Positions 13,221-26,552 of a stretch of 64,000 bases of DNA are shown here, in pieces. The notes under the pieces are model-generated. The model did not search any database. It was not told where the DNA came from and saw nothing but the letters and a program-made list of their open reading frames with translations. This DNA comes from Octopus vulgaris. Its lineage: Eukaryota. The DNA is taken from NCBI GenBank assembly GCA_951406725.2, contig OX597819.1, positions 59,458,001 through 59,522,000 on the forward strand. The letters run 5' to 3'. Position 1 is the stretch's first letter, and each line of letters opens with the position of its first letter. A program made the position numbers and the translations under genes.

Positions 13221-14810
13221 ATATAACTATATATATTAATCATATTCAAATATTTTGCTTGAAGTACTTCAGGAAATCTCATTATAAATGATGTGTAAAT
13301 CTGTTTTTCAAGAACTGAGGTCAGCAGTTAATTTGAAAAAAATGCAGTATTATTAATATAAGAGTTCAAGACTGTAACACCAAAAGAACAATATTCACTT
13401 AGAGATTTACATTTATTAGCTTATGTTATGGCCGTTATGAATTTCTTATAGAGTAATAGTGATATTAATAATACTTAGAGCATGCAATAAAAAATATTGG
13501 ATTGTAACAAGTGAATGACAAAGAAAGCAATTAGAGTTAATCAAATTATGTTATTGTTCAATTATTATTCCTGTATAGACCAATGTTTCACAAAGTGGGT
13601 GATTTCAAGGCTCCCTCAAAGTTCTGTGAAAATTTTCTGGGATTCTATGAGATAAAAAAGCTGTCATCGTCATTGTCATGTAACATCCATTTTCTCATAC
13701 TATAAAATTCTACCACTGCTGAGTGTCAGAAACAAAGATAGCACTGCTGTGAAGAGAGAAGAAAATATAATTCCATTTGTATCAAATAATTCTGGCTGAT
13801 ATGATAGGTTTTTGAGGTGATGGACCATAAATCAATGTGGATTGCATATTTTAATACATTAATGGAGTAAGACATTTGGAGGTCACATTGAAGAGCATTA
13901 CATTTTTCTTTTTTGTTTTGTATTTTGTAAGAAGTCTTGTTACTATCTTTTATCTTTTGCTTCTTTCACTCATTAGAATGCGGCCATCCTGGGGCACGAC
14001 TTTGAAGAATTTTGGTTGAACAAATCAACCTCAGTACTTATATTTTTAACCCAAGTACTTATCGCATTGGTCTCTTTTGCCAAACTACTAGGTTATGGGG
14101 ATGTAAACATACCAACACCAGTTGTCAAGTGGTAGTAGGGGACAAACACAGGCACAAAGACACACCGACAGGCTTCTGTCAGTTTCCATCCACCAAATCC
14201 ACTTGCAAGGCTTTGATTTGCTAGAGGCTACAGTAGAAGACATTTGCCCAAGGTGCCACATAGTGGGACTGAACCCAGAACCATGTGGTTGAGAAGCAAA
14301 CTTTTTACCACACAACTACACCAGCGTCTATATATATATATATATATATATATAAACGTTTCCGGAAAATGCTTTTAAATTTGTTCAAGTTGTACAACCC
14401 TAGGTTATCCCTGAGTATACAAGCCTATGATCCAAGGTATTCCAGGCCATGATTAGTTTGTCTTTCATTCTGACATAGTATATTCAGGGGCACAGCATTA
14501 GACAATAAGTCCCTCCTATTTTTCTAACCCTTTGCTTGTCCAAAGCATTTTCGTAAGTTTGTCCTGAACATCCATGCTTGTTTTCAGACTTTTGGTTAAG
14601 CCCTTATTTCATAGGTCAGAATAATATAAAGCTTTCCTTTCATAAATCCCAAATTACTCTGATGCTTAAAAATAATTGGGACTGTGTATCATATATTTTG
14701 CATGGCCACTAGGGAAATATGTCCTGTGTATCACATGGTTTAAGATAAAAGGGTTAAAACTCTAGGAAGATTTGGCTACTATTTCTAGCAAGTCAAGAAA
14801 CTATATAGAG

Positions 14811-15618
14811 CACGGGTTCTCAACCATTTATTCTCTATGGACCCCTTTGATTACTATTTTATTCTGGTGGACCCCCATAGCCATTTGATGTTTAAAAAAC
14901 TAGTTTTATAGAAACTTCTTTCGAAATTCCTATTTTGTTTTTCACACATACACTTGTGTAGGCTGAACAATGTAAAATGTTAGAGAAAGAAACTTAGCTG
15001 TTTCTTGCAATACATACCAATACATATATCTGAAATAAAATTTTTTCAGGGGCCTTCAAAATATTATTGTGGATAATAGGCGTGGGAGTGGCTGTGTGTA
15101 AGTAGCTTGCTTACCAACCACATGGTTCCGGGTTCAGTCCCACTGCGTGGCACCTTGGACAAGTGTTTTCTACTATAGCCTCAGACCGACCAAAGCCTTT
15201 GTGAGTGGATTTGGTAGACGGAAACTGAAAGGAGCCCGTCGTATATATGTATGTGTGTGTATATATATATATATATACATACATATATATATATATATAT
15301 GTGTGTGTATATGTTTGTGTGTCCATGTTTGTCCCCCCAACATTGCTTGACAACCGATACTGGTGTGTTTACGTCCCCGAAACTTAGCGATTCAGCAAAG
15401 GAGACCGATAGAATAAGTACTAAGCTTACAAAGAATAAATCCTGGGGTCGATTTGCTCAACTAAAGGCGGTGCTCCAGCATGGCCACAGTCAAATGACTG
15501 AAACAAGTAAAAGAATAAAAGTAAAGGAGTATACCCAATTTACTATTTTGTTGCGTGGACCCCCAAAAATCTTATATGGGTCCTAAGGGACCATATGGAC
15601 CCCATTTGAGAACTCCTG
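14811..15618. mobile_element. hAT-type MITE interrupted by a SINE A copy
   Basis: TIRs CACGGGTTCTCAA / TTGAGAACTCCTG; 8-bp TSD ATATAGAG / ATATACAG (7 of 8 match). Confidence 0.75.
15078..15525 (+). mobile_element. SINE family A, full length
   Basis: tRNA-like head with GGTTCAGTCCC B-box variant, body, LINE-like tail; similar plus copies 16657-17032, 23202-23600, 33471-33826. Confidence 0.85.
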
Positions 15619-15950
15619 ATATACAGTGATCTTCATTGGCTCAAGATTATCCATTAATTAAAGTAAACGGTTTGTGAATTTCTGTATCTTGTTTTTTAGG
15701 AATGTGGCCTTTTTTATCAAAAGGTCATATTGACACTGCTCTTTGATATGAAAAAGATTATAAACAAAGTAAAGAGCAATGTTATTTGTACTACAATTGT
15801 CTTTTATTATAGAATACAAGATATTCTCTTCCACATCACTGTAGAAACAATGGAATTTACCAGTTTGTAAATGTAATTTAAGATAGCAAACATCACCAGA
15901 ATTTTGTGTGTTGTTTTGTTTGTTTCTTTTAAAACCCCAATTGGTAAACA

Positions 15951-16003
15951 ATGGCGGCATTGGTTCCTGATGGGCCAGTCATGGGTTCACTGCATTTCTC
16001 ACG
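15951..16003 (+). CDS. Candidate first coding exon (MAALVPDGPVMGSLHFS), unknown product
   Basis: AAACA-ATG-G context in non-repetitive sequence; donor CG|GTAAGA, phase 2; no recognised homology. Confidence 0.2.
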
Positions 16004-17819
16004 GTAAGAACGATGAAAGAGCTGCTTATAATTCGATGCAGAACAAATGTCACTAGGGACTTTCATCACAAAGCATCATTTTTCTTTTGCTTGTTTTCTG
16101 GCTGATATTTATATCCTACATGTCATTATCCTCATCTGCTTTGATGTTAAGATCACCATCACATCATCATCATCATCATCATCACCACTGCCTCTACTTT
16201 TGCCACCACCATCGCAACCACCATTGACACATCATCATTATCATCTTCCTCCTCCTCATCATCATCATCACTTTCATCATTCTCATCATCATAGGCATCA
16301 TCATTATTGTCATTGTCATCGTTGTTGTCGTCGTCGTCATCATCATCATTATCACCACCATCACTATATTCACCATTGTCGTTGCCATCAATTTTATGTC
16401 TGTTTTCCAAGCTCGTAAGGGCTGGAGGATTTGTCATGATTCATATATTATCATATAAAGTAGATTGTGATCTTATGCAAGACACTTGATTCTATTTTGT
16501 GAGGTTTCCTTCCTAGTCTCTACTGCATTTAAAATGGCTAAAACATTTCTGGATGGGACAAGTTTATTTGATGCTTTTGTAAAAATCATGATTTCCAAAA
16601 CTTCTAGTTGGCACAACCTTATATTTTTTATTAGATTAAGCAAATATATTGAGTATAGGCGTATGAGCAGCTCTGTGGTAAGTAGCTTGCTTATGAACCA
16701 CATGGTTCCAGGTTCAGTCCCACTGTGTAGCACCTCGAGCAAGTGTCTTCTACTATAGCCTCAGGCCAACCAAAGCCTTGTGAGTGGATTTGGTAGACAG
16801 AAACTGAAAGAAGCCTGTCGTATATATGTATGTGTGTGTCTGTGTTTGTCCCCCCAGCATCGCTTGACAACCGATGCTGGTGTGTTTACGTCCCCGTAAC
16901 TTAGCGGTTCGGCAAAAGAGAATGATAGAATAAGTGCTAGGCTTACAAAGAATAAGTCCTGGGGTCGATTTGCTCGACTAAAGGCAGTGCTCCAGCATGG
17001 CCACAGTCAAATGATTGAAACAAGTAAAAGAGTATTAATAAATTTATCAGAGAATTGGCAATAATTATTAAGCAAGATGTTATTGCTATCTAAAGCCACA
17101 ATGCAGTTTCAATTCCCAGCTGCAGCTATCACGTTTTATTCACATCTATTTTAACCTTTTTGACACCAACCCTGGTTCTGAGATACAAACTTCTTGTTTT
17201 AAAATGATCTAAATTAAAATCTTCTATCCAAATTTCTTGTTAATTTACATTTCAAATAACTTAATAATGGCAAGGTTCTTTAACTAAATTCTTCATTATT
17301 TCCAAAATTCTATAAAACAAAGGAGGCACATGCCCTAGTGGTTAGAGCAGCAGGCTTACAGTCGAGGGATAGCAGGTTCGAATCTCAGACCGGGTGATGT
17401 ATGTGTTTATGAATGAAAAACCTAAGCTCCACATGGCTCCAGCAGAAGGTTATGGTGAACCTCTGCTGACTCTTTTGCCACAACTTTCTCTCACTCTTTC
17501 CTCCTGCATCTAGCAGCTCACCTGTGATGGACCAGCATCCCGTCCAGGTGGGGAACCTATATGCTATTGAAACCGGGAAAACAACCCTTATGAGCTAGGC
17601 ATGGCTCAAGACGGAACAAACAACAATAAAACAAAGAGAGTATCTCAACAGAAATCATCTGTATCACCTAAAACAACCAGACTATTGGATGCTGTTATAT
17701 GCTGCTTGTCACCATGTTCCTCCAATTTTTTCTTGATTGTGCCATTCATTCCAATCTTGGCCCAAATTGTTTTAATAAATTGTCATCCCATCATTGTGGT
17801 GGCCTTCTGAGTGATTTTT

Positions 17820-18185
17820 TTCCAATCTCTTGGACACCACTTGGTAACTGGATGAGTCCTGTTGTCTGTGAACTTTGCAGTATGATTGGTGCAGTGCTTT
17901 TTGTATTCTGTATTTACATCATTCAATTTGATTCATTCTCAAATCACTTCATTTCACAGATGCCCTTGCAATAACATTTCTAGCATGGATCTTTCCATGG
18001 TCTTTTGTGTTATAGCCATTTGATGTCCTTCCCTCTTCACAGTAGCCCATGTCTCACTTACGTAAGAGCACAGGTAGGACAATGCTATTGAAGAGGCTGG
18101 CATGTAGGTCTTGTCCAGATTTGCTCTGAGCATATCTTTTATTGAGACGAATGCCTTCCATCCTGAATTTATTCCTCTCAAGATT
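17820..18185 (-). pseudogene. Degenerate RTE LINE C-terminal fragment
   Basis: ORF with GWKAF...SETW...QKTMERSML motifs. Confidence 0.7.
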
Positions 18186-18588
18186 TCAGTATCTATGTTT
18201 TTATGTGCCCCAACAGAAATACGGAAAGAAAAAGGGTTTAAGGTGCCACAAACTCCATAGCACTTTTCCTAAAAATAACAGGACTTATGTCTTCTTAACA
18301 AAGGCATATATATTGGTTTCAAATTTTAGCAAAAGACCAGCAAATTCAGGGAATGGGAGGAGTCGATTACATCAACCCCTGTGCTCAACTGGTATTATTT
18401 TATTAACCCTGAAAGGATAAAAGGCCAAGTAGACTTTGGTAGAATTTGAACTCAGAACATAAAGAAGAGCAAAATGGTACTAAGCACTTTGCCCAGAATG
18501 CTAATTATTTTGCTAGTTTTTGTTGCCCTAAAGGCTATATATATTAAAATCAAAACTGATAGAGCATTATATTAGATATTTTACAGTA

Positions 18589-19059
18589 CAGGTCATTGTC
18601 GACTTATGACTACAATTGGTTCTGACTGACTGGTCATAAGCTGATTTGGTTGTAAGTCGGCCTATAGGCCTACGTAGATTTGTTTTATATTTTTACATTC
18701 TTAAGGTACATTCTCAGGTAAAAATCACACACAGCATTCTGTATTGTACTATTATACTGGTGTCAGTCAAAAATTTTGGAGTTTCAAACAGTCGTCTTTT
18801 AAACAAATACGAGGTCGCTTTAATGTCTCCTCGACAGGTTATTCATCCAACACTCAGGATAACCACAGTGGCAATCGATAACCAAACCTAGGGGAAGCGT
18901 TTGTTAGCTGACATCATCCATAGATGGGTTAATTTCTAATAAATTAAACCCATTTGATTTCAGCTGGACTATCTATTATTGTTGCCAGGAGCTGGCACAC
19001 CAATCGTCATAAAGTCGATTGGTCATAAGTTGGATAGGTCATAAGTTGACAATGACCTG
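18589..19059. mobile_element. Tc1/pogo-type MITE
   Basis: TIRs CAGGTCATTGTCGACTTATGAC / GTCATAAGTTGACAATGACCTG with TA on both sides. Confidence 0.85.
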
Positions 19060-19699
19060 TATATAATTTTATCCCTTTCAGTTCCTAGTTCAAATCTGTC
19101 ATGGTCAAATTTACCTTTAATCTTTCCTGGGACAATGAAATAATACTTGTATTATAAATGGGTGCATTCATATGAGTTTGTGTTTATGTAAAAAATCAAT
19201 ATTATTATATTCTTTTTATAATATAATGAGAGATTGAAGCAAATAAGATTTAATAGAAGTGGCAAATTAAATTATGGAACCAAGAGCATATTTTTCTCTT
19301 TTTACAATTCTAAACAGAAAATTTTAATTGTAAACAATAAACAAACAAATAAATGAATAAAATAAATTGTAATTTATAATGAATAACATCAAAATTTAAT
19401 GATTTGTATAATTCAAAATTTTTCTGATTTAAAAACAAAATGGAGAAAAAATGTTTTATAGGCAACGATTTTTAATAGGAACTGTGATTATTTTCATCCT
19501 TATCAGTTGCAACCATCTATTTATTTTTATAACCTGCTGTTTAGCAACAAACATGTATTAAACCTGCTTATGACAGCTGAGAACAGACAGATGTATAGCA
19601 ACACCACAAGTATGGCAGTTTAGCAAGACATTGGCATAAAAATTCTTCTCAATTATTCTCCAAACTGATGCAGATATATCAAAGTATCAACAGGGTAAG

Positions 19700-19980
19700 C
19701 ATCACCATACACCACCAACACCACCACCACCACCACCTTTTTCTTCTTCTTCTTCTTCTTCTCCTCCTCCTCCTTGTCCTTCTTCTTCTTCTCCTCCCCC
19801 TCTTCCTCCTCATCCCCTCCCCCCTTTTCTTCTTCTTCTTCTCCTCCCCCTCTTCCTCCTCATTCCCTCCCCCTTTTCTTCTTCTTCTTCTCCCCCCTCT
19901 TCCTCCTCATCCCCTCCCCCCTTTTCTTCTTCTTCTCCTCCTCCTCCTCATTCTCTTCATCCCCCTCCTCCCCTCCTTAT
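19700..19980. repeat. Polypyrimidine (CTT/CCT)n tract with ~50-bp higher-order unit
   Basis: CTTCTTCTTCTCCTCCCCCTCTTCCTCCTCATCCCCTCCCCC repeated about 3 times. Confidence 0.85.
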
Positions 19981-22015
19981 TCTACCCAACTAACATGAAT
20001 TCAACTGCTGTTGGTGTTGTTCTTTAACCCCGGGTCGCCCCTGATCAAACATACCTGCAATCCCTTCTTTGTTCAGTGTGTCCAATGCTTTGCTAAGATG
20101 GTAGGATGCGATTTGAGGAAAGTACTGCAGCTATTTCTATCAAATAGATGCTCCCCTCTTTCACTTGTGAGTTTATTAGGTGAGGGAAGAGATACACACA
20201 TAGAATATATACGATTATAAATATACTTAAATTATCATAATATCTCTACCATCACAAGCTATTTAGGGAAGAAGTAAATTGGTGAAAATGGAAGAGTACC
20301 AGATGAAGTGTTTTATTAGATTTAACTTAATTCTTCATCGTCATTATCGTCATCATCATCGTCATCATCATCATCGTCTTTGTCATCATCAACATCACTG
20401 TTGTTGCCAACATTGTCATCGTTATCAGTGTTTTCACTAGTAACGATGGTAACATCCACGATCGGTTGGTGCTTTTTATGTGCTACCGGCACGGACACCA
20501 GTCAAGGCAGCACTGACATTGGCAAGTTTTGGATGGTGCTTTTTATGTGCCATACACACACACACACACATATGCAGTAGGCTTCTTTTAGTTTTCATCT
20601 ACCAAATCCACTTACAACAGGCCTATTATAGCCCTGGGCTATAATAATAGCCCAGGGCTATAACAGTAGAAGACACTTGCTCAAAGTGGCACAGTGTAAC
20701 TGAACCCATAGTTAGGAAGCAAACTTCTTCACCATCCAGCCATGCCTTTGTCTTTCAATATTCTGAGAACTACTTCCATGGTTGGGTGGTCAGTGACTAA
20801 ACCTGCTCTCCCACCTGGCTTGCCAGGTGAAGAAAATATTGTAGATACTCTGTGTGACTAAAAAGCAAGACTTGTCAAACGATGGACGAGCTCACTATGA
20901 GCCAACAGCCTTCCGCACAAGTGTTACCTCATCTGCACCTGGACTGCCAAACTATGCAACTGACCCAAGACCATAACCAAGAAAGTGAAAGACATGTGCT
21001 TTCCATGAGCAATGTGGTGTAGAGCAAAGAAGATATTCAGAGTCTAAATTTAACAGGTGGAGGGCTATTTGGTCACGCTGCTCCCACAGATTCCAGTGGC
21101 TTTCATTTGTCACCCCATTCTGTTATTCCTATTTGGAAAGGGAGCTTGAGTCATAATGAATATTTCATTAGCTGATTACACAACCATGGACATTGTCCCT
21201 ATGGATACATTACAGTTACTCTCTTGATAGAGTTTAGTGATCCTGTCTGTTGATCCTCTGGGATTTATCTGCTCAGCATCAATGTAAGAAGCACCATTGG
21301 CTCAGTTGAGCTCTTCCAGTCTTTCCACAGTCCATTCTGCAACAGTCCCATGATTTCACCATATCCCTGGCAGAGTAGCTGTGCCTTGCCAAAGTGAAGC
21401 TTGTAACTATGCCAGGCACAGTTGAAACTCCATGAAGTATTTCCAAGATACCCACATACTTGGATGCCTACCCGCTTTCCAGAAAATGAATACCAATAAG
21501 AATCTAGTGACAATCTGATTGTTTCTATATATAAAAAACTGTCTTCTGTAAAAATTGGTCTTGTACCTAATCAAAGGAAATTCATATTATTTGTTCGAAA
21601 AGTAAAAGTAATTGGACCTTCATTGGTTTCAAATATGACTATTCAGTTATTCAATCAACTGAACTACTTGCTCATTGAGGTACTGTCTGAGTAGTTGAGT
21701 ATTCCACAGATGTGTGTGGCCTTAACATAATTCACCAGTGGAACCAGTGTGATGTATGACAAGCTTGAATCTTTGAATTATAGTTACAATGGATCAAACA
21801 AGCTTCCATGTTGCTACTGTCTGTTTGATTTTACTCACAACATTTTGGTTTATCTCAGACCATGGTGAAAGATGCTTGCCAAAGATGACATACTGTAGGG
21901 TCGAACACTATACCTCATGGTTGCAAAGTGAACTTCTTCATCATTCAGCCACACTATATCAATAGCATTATTATATTATCCATATTATTAGCTAATTAAT
22001 ACTGACATTAATTTA

Positions 22016-22332
22016 AATAATGGTACGATCAAATGTTTTTTCTAAATTCAGTTATTGGACTGAGTCTCTGTCGAGGAACCACTTTGAGAATCAATTGTTG
22101 ATAAGGTGTATTCCGTTTTGCAACCTCAATATGCTCCCCAGTATGTTACAGGTTTTCAAGTCAATACAAGGTAAGACACAAAATTGACTTGAAAACCTGT
22201 AACATACTGGGGAGCATATTGAGGTTGCAAAACGGAATACACCTTATCAACAATTGATTCTCAAAGTGGTTCCTCGACAGAGACTCAGTCCAATAACTGA
22301 ATTTAGAAAAAACATTTGATCGTACCATTATT
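22016..22332. repeat. Perfect inverted repeat, 150-bp arms, 17-nt loop
   Basis: 22016-22165 is the reverse complement of 22183-22332; no mismatch seen. Confidence 0.95.
22052..22170 (+). CDS. Candidate internal exon inside the inverted repeat
   Basis: Acceptor TTTTTTCTAAATTCAG, donor AAG|GTAAGA; the only open frame is phase-compatible with 15951-16003. Confidence 0.25.
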
Positions 22333-22608
22333 GAATTCAGGACCAGTACAGCAAGTTATGGTGTTTCCTAAACAAATACATCTATGTAAACATCATAAGT
22401 CGCAGTTCTGGCTCTGAATTTTCTAGAAAATCTATAGAGGCCAGGAGTGGCAGTGTGGTAAGTAGCTTGCTTACCAACCACATGGTTCTGGGTTCATTCC
22501 CACTGCATGGCACCTTGGGCAAGTGTCTTCTACTATAGCCTCGGGCCAACCAAAGCCTTGTGAGTAGATTTAGTAGACAGAAACTGAAAGAAGCCCGTCG
22601 TATATATG

Positions 22609-22654
<46 letters not shown>

Positions 22655-23599
22655 AATAAGATCATTAATTTAAAATAAAACAATAAACTTATCAAGTGGT
22701 CAGCATGGAAAGAATAACATTCAAAGGTAATAATTATTAAAATTATAAATTAGTGTATCTACAAGATACCACCATACTGAAAATAACAGCCATGAACTGA
22801 CTCTAAAACCACCTTAAGTTTTCATACAGCAACATGGAGAAAAGCAAAGAGATAAGATGAAACTAGTAAAAAATTACTGGATAATTCTAGATCACGGATT
22901 TCTGATTTTGTATTTAGAAATGCTTTGCCTTGTCAGTAGAATACACTCAGAAAGAAACATAAATACATATATATATAAATACAACATGCGAATACTTACA
23001 TATACGAATGTATACATGCATATATATGCATCAAGGCTAGTTCAAAATACCCGCTAATTCCATGTGCTATATGGTAAAATATCACCGCAGTAAATACACT
23101 GACGAAATAAATTTAAATTTATATAAATAGGGATAAGATCGTTAATTTAAAATAAAATTTTTCTGGAATAAATGAATAACATTATTCACATTTGATGAAT
23201 ATAGGTGCAGGAATGGTTGTGTGGTAAGTAGCTTCCTTACGAACCACGTGGTTCCGGGTTCAGTCCCACTGCGTAGCACCTTGGGCAAGTGTCTTCTACT
23301 ATAGCCTCGGGCCGACCAAAGCCTTGTGAGTGGATTTGGTAGACAGAAACTGAAAGAAGTCCATCGTATATATGTATATGTATATACATATGTGTCTGTG
23401 TTTGTCCCCTCAACATCACTTGACAACCAATGCTGGTGTGTTTACGAGCCTGTAACTTAGCGGTTCAGCAAAACAGACCGATAGAATAAGTACTAGGCTT
23501 ACAAAGAATAAGTCCTGGGGTCAATTTGCTCGACTAAAGGTGGTGCTCCAGCATGGCCACAGTCAAATGACTGAAACAAGTAAAAGAGTAAAGAAAGAG

Positions 23600-24176
23600 T
23601 ATTTGTCCTCATCTTGCTTATTGTTAACACAACGTTTCGGTTGATATATCCCGCAGCCTTCATCAGGTGTCTTGGGGAAATTTCGAACCTGAGTTCTAAT
23701 TCCTAAGGTATTTTTCAATGTTATTATTATTATTATTATTTAGGTCACTGCTTGGAATTAAACTCAGAATCTTGAGGTTAGTAGCCCGCGCTCTCAACCA
23801 CTATACCATATGCCCATGGGCAATTATGGAGTGAATTTTAGGGCTTATAAATCTAATATTTTCCTATCTTTCCTTAATACCAGTTCCCATATGCTGTTCA
23901 TATCTGCACTCGGTCTGCTTAGGAGATTGTTGTGCCCTAGCATATGTGCTGCTTCTTTTAGTTTTCATATTTTCCAGTGGTGTTATCTGTCTATTATTTT
24001 AACTTCATCCCACAAATGGAGGTGGTCTCCATTTATCCATACACCATCAACTATACCCAATTTATCAATATCTCCTTGTGTCACAGCTTTACAATGTTCG
24101 TCTACCCTTATTTTGAGGGGTTGGCATGTTTTACCTTTGTATAACCTATCACAGCTGCATGGGATGGAGTACATTA
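23600..24176 (-). mobile_element. Penelope-like element 3' fragment: GIY-YIG end, tRNA-like segment, HHR repeat
   Basis: ORF 23983-24174 YSIPCSCDRLYKGKTCQPLKIRVDEH matches the PLE GIY-YIG pattern (VYxIPCxC...YIGxT...RxxEH). Confidence 0.85.
23627..23670 (-). ncRNA. Minimal PLE-type hammerhead ribozyme
   Basis: ACAC-CTGATGA-A-GGCTG..CAACC-GAAACGTT-GTGT; stem I ACAC/GTGT; palindromic AACGTT in place of stem III. Confidence 0.7.
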
Positions 24177-24843
24177 AAAAATTTTTTTAAAAGTAACATT
24201 TTTCATTCAATCTTGTTTCTCTCCTTATTTAACTTTTCCATGAAATTGCTTACTCTTTCAAATCATTTTTAGGCTTGGTATCAGAACAATCTTAGTCTGG
24301 TGATAAGAAAGACAGGACACTAAGTTCAAGTGTTTTATAAGAAATACAAGAATAAATAAATAAATAAATAAATAAAATAAAATCTCAAGCACTAACAATG
24401 GTGTGAGATGTAATTAGAAGGAAAAGTAAAACTCATAAGCGTACACACACACACATGCACTCACACACACAAAGCACAGAGTACAAAATAATGTTATAAA
24501 GTAAAGTGAAGTTATTCAGATAGTGTGAAAGGCGGTAGTGTAACTGGTTCTTTCAGTCAACACCTGTCATCTAGACTTTGTTCCACAACAGGATCCTCAT
24601 TTTTTTAACAAAAAGTAGCAAAGCCACTTTATAGGTGCAGCCATAGTTAAGCAGTTAAGACAGTCACATTGTGACCAAATGGGTTGGGTATTTGATCCCT
24701 TTGTGTAGGACCTTGAGCAAAACAAGCTTTTGCCTTGGGTTGACCAATGCTTTATAAGTGGAATTTGATAGACAGATACTGTGTGCAAGCACAATGCACA
24801 CACACAAACATAGCAAAGGTAAAGAATATACACACCTGGTGTC

Positions 24844-24900
24844 TAGGGTTAGGGTTAGGGTTAGGGTCAGGGTTAGGGTTTGGGGTTAGGTTTAGGATTA
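24844..24900 (+). repeat. Interstitial (TTAGGG)n-like tract
   Basis: About 9 perfect or degenerate units. Confidence 0.85.
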
Positions 24901-25087
24901 AGCCAAAAACAGGTGGTGTGTGTATTCTTTACTGCCGCCCACAAACACACATTTGTCTCACACACACACGCACACACAACATACATATGCACAAACATGC
25001 ACACACATATACACAAACTACACACACATGCACACACACATACAAAACACATATACTGATGAGCAGGCAGGCAGACAGGCAGCTAGA

Positions 25088-25300
<213 letters not shown>

Positions 25301-26339
25301 AAAGTCATGGGTTCGATTCTTGGACCAGGCAGTGCATTATGTTCTTGAGCATTTTACATTGCCATGGTCCACTCAGCTGAAAATGAGTTGCAGCTAAATA
25401 CTTGTGCAGCCCCCTCACCCTCCATCGGTCACATCCTGGATGTTACATCATTAGGTCAAGGCTAGGAGAGCTGACAAGAGAGCCTATGTTTGCTTGTGAC
25501 TACACAGGCACCTAAAACAATTAGTGAAAGCATGGTACATGATACCAGGTTGTAGACACAGACGGTTGTGTGTGTGTGTGTGCTTGTGTGAGAGAATGTT
25601 TATGTGTGTTCATGCTTGTGTTTGTGTGTGTGCATGTTTGCATGTGCATGTGTGTGTTTATATGTGAGAGTATGCGTGTGTATTTGTGTGTGTGTGTGTC
25701 TATTTATATGAGTGCATGTTTATATGTGTTTATGCATGTGTGTGTATGTGTGTGTGCTTTTGTGCATGTTTGCCTGTGTGTGTTTATATGTGTGAGAGAG
25801 AGAGAGAGAGAGCTTATGTGAGTGCTAGTGCATGTGTTTGTGTGTGCATGGGTTTGTTGTATGAACTGGTGTCTATGTATGCGTTTATGTGTGTATGCAT
25901 GTATGTATCTTTCACTGACATATATTGGTAAAGGATATAAACATCTAGCAAGAAAATTAAATAAACAAATGTTTTCTAAATCTAGTTCCTGTTGATATTT
26001 GTTCTGCAATGAGATATACTCCCCCATTTTTCTTATCATTTGAATTGTTATAAACTAGTAATTCATCTGTACCCTAAAAGTCCAACCCCTCTTCAAGGTG
26101 GTAGGGTGGTGTAAACGGGCAGTGTCAGAGCTATGCCGTTGGGAACTTCAGTTCCTGGTAGGGCCACCCAAGGCAGTGAAAATTCCAAGAGGCGTTTGAT
26201 CAGCAACTGGCAGCTTCGAGGTCATTCTGTCCCTGTGTCTGTGGAGACTCCGTGGCAAACAGGGCATCCCATCACTCGGGATATGCATGCAGGATGTCGG
26301 GGACCGCTTGTGAATTCAATATTCCCACAAAACGTCTTC

Positions 26340-26552
26340 TATGAATCCTACTACTACCATGGCAATAAATACAAATACGAAGGTGGTCGGCTGTGCAGAT
26401 GGAACCTTGAATGGCTCGCTATCTCCAGTGACCTCGCACAAGACCGTCGAGTGTGGGCCACCATGGTTCGTGATGCCGTTAGGACCAGAGAAGAAGCCAG
26501 CTCAACCCGCTCTTGGTGAATGCCGTCACAAGTACAAGTAAGTACAAGTAAG
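26340..26552 (+). mobile_element. RTE LINE 3' end
   Basis: WL...DLAQDRRVW...RDAV motif followed by (CAAGTA)n tail. Confidence 0.65.

Noticed and set aside
20775-21520. Old RTE-like fragments
   Set aside because: Too degenerate to assign boundaries or strand by eye
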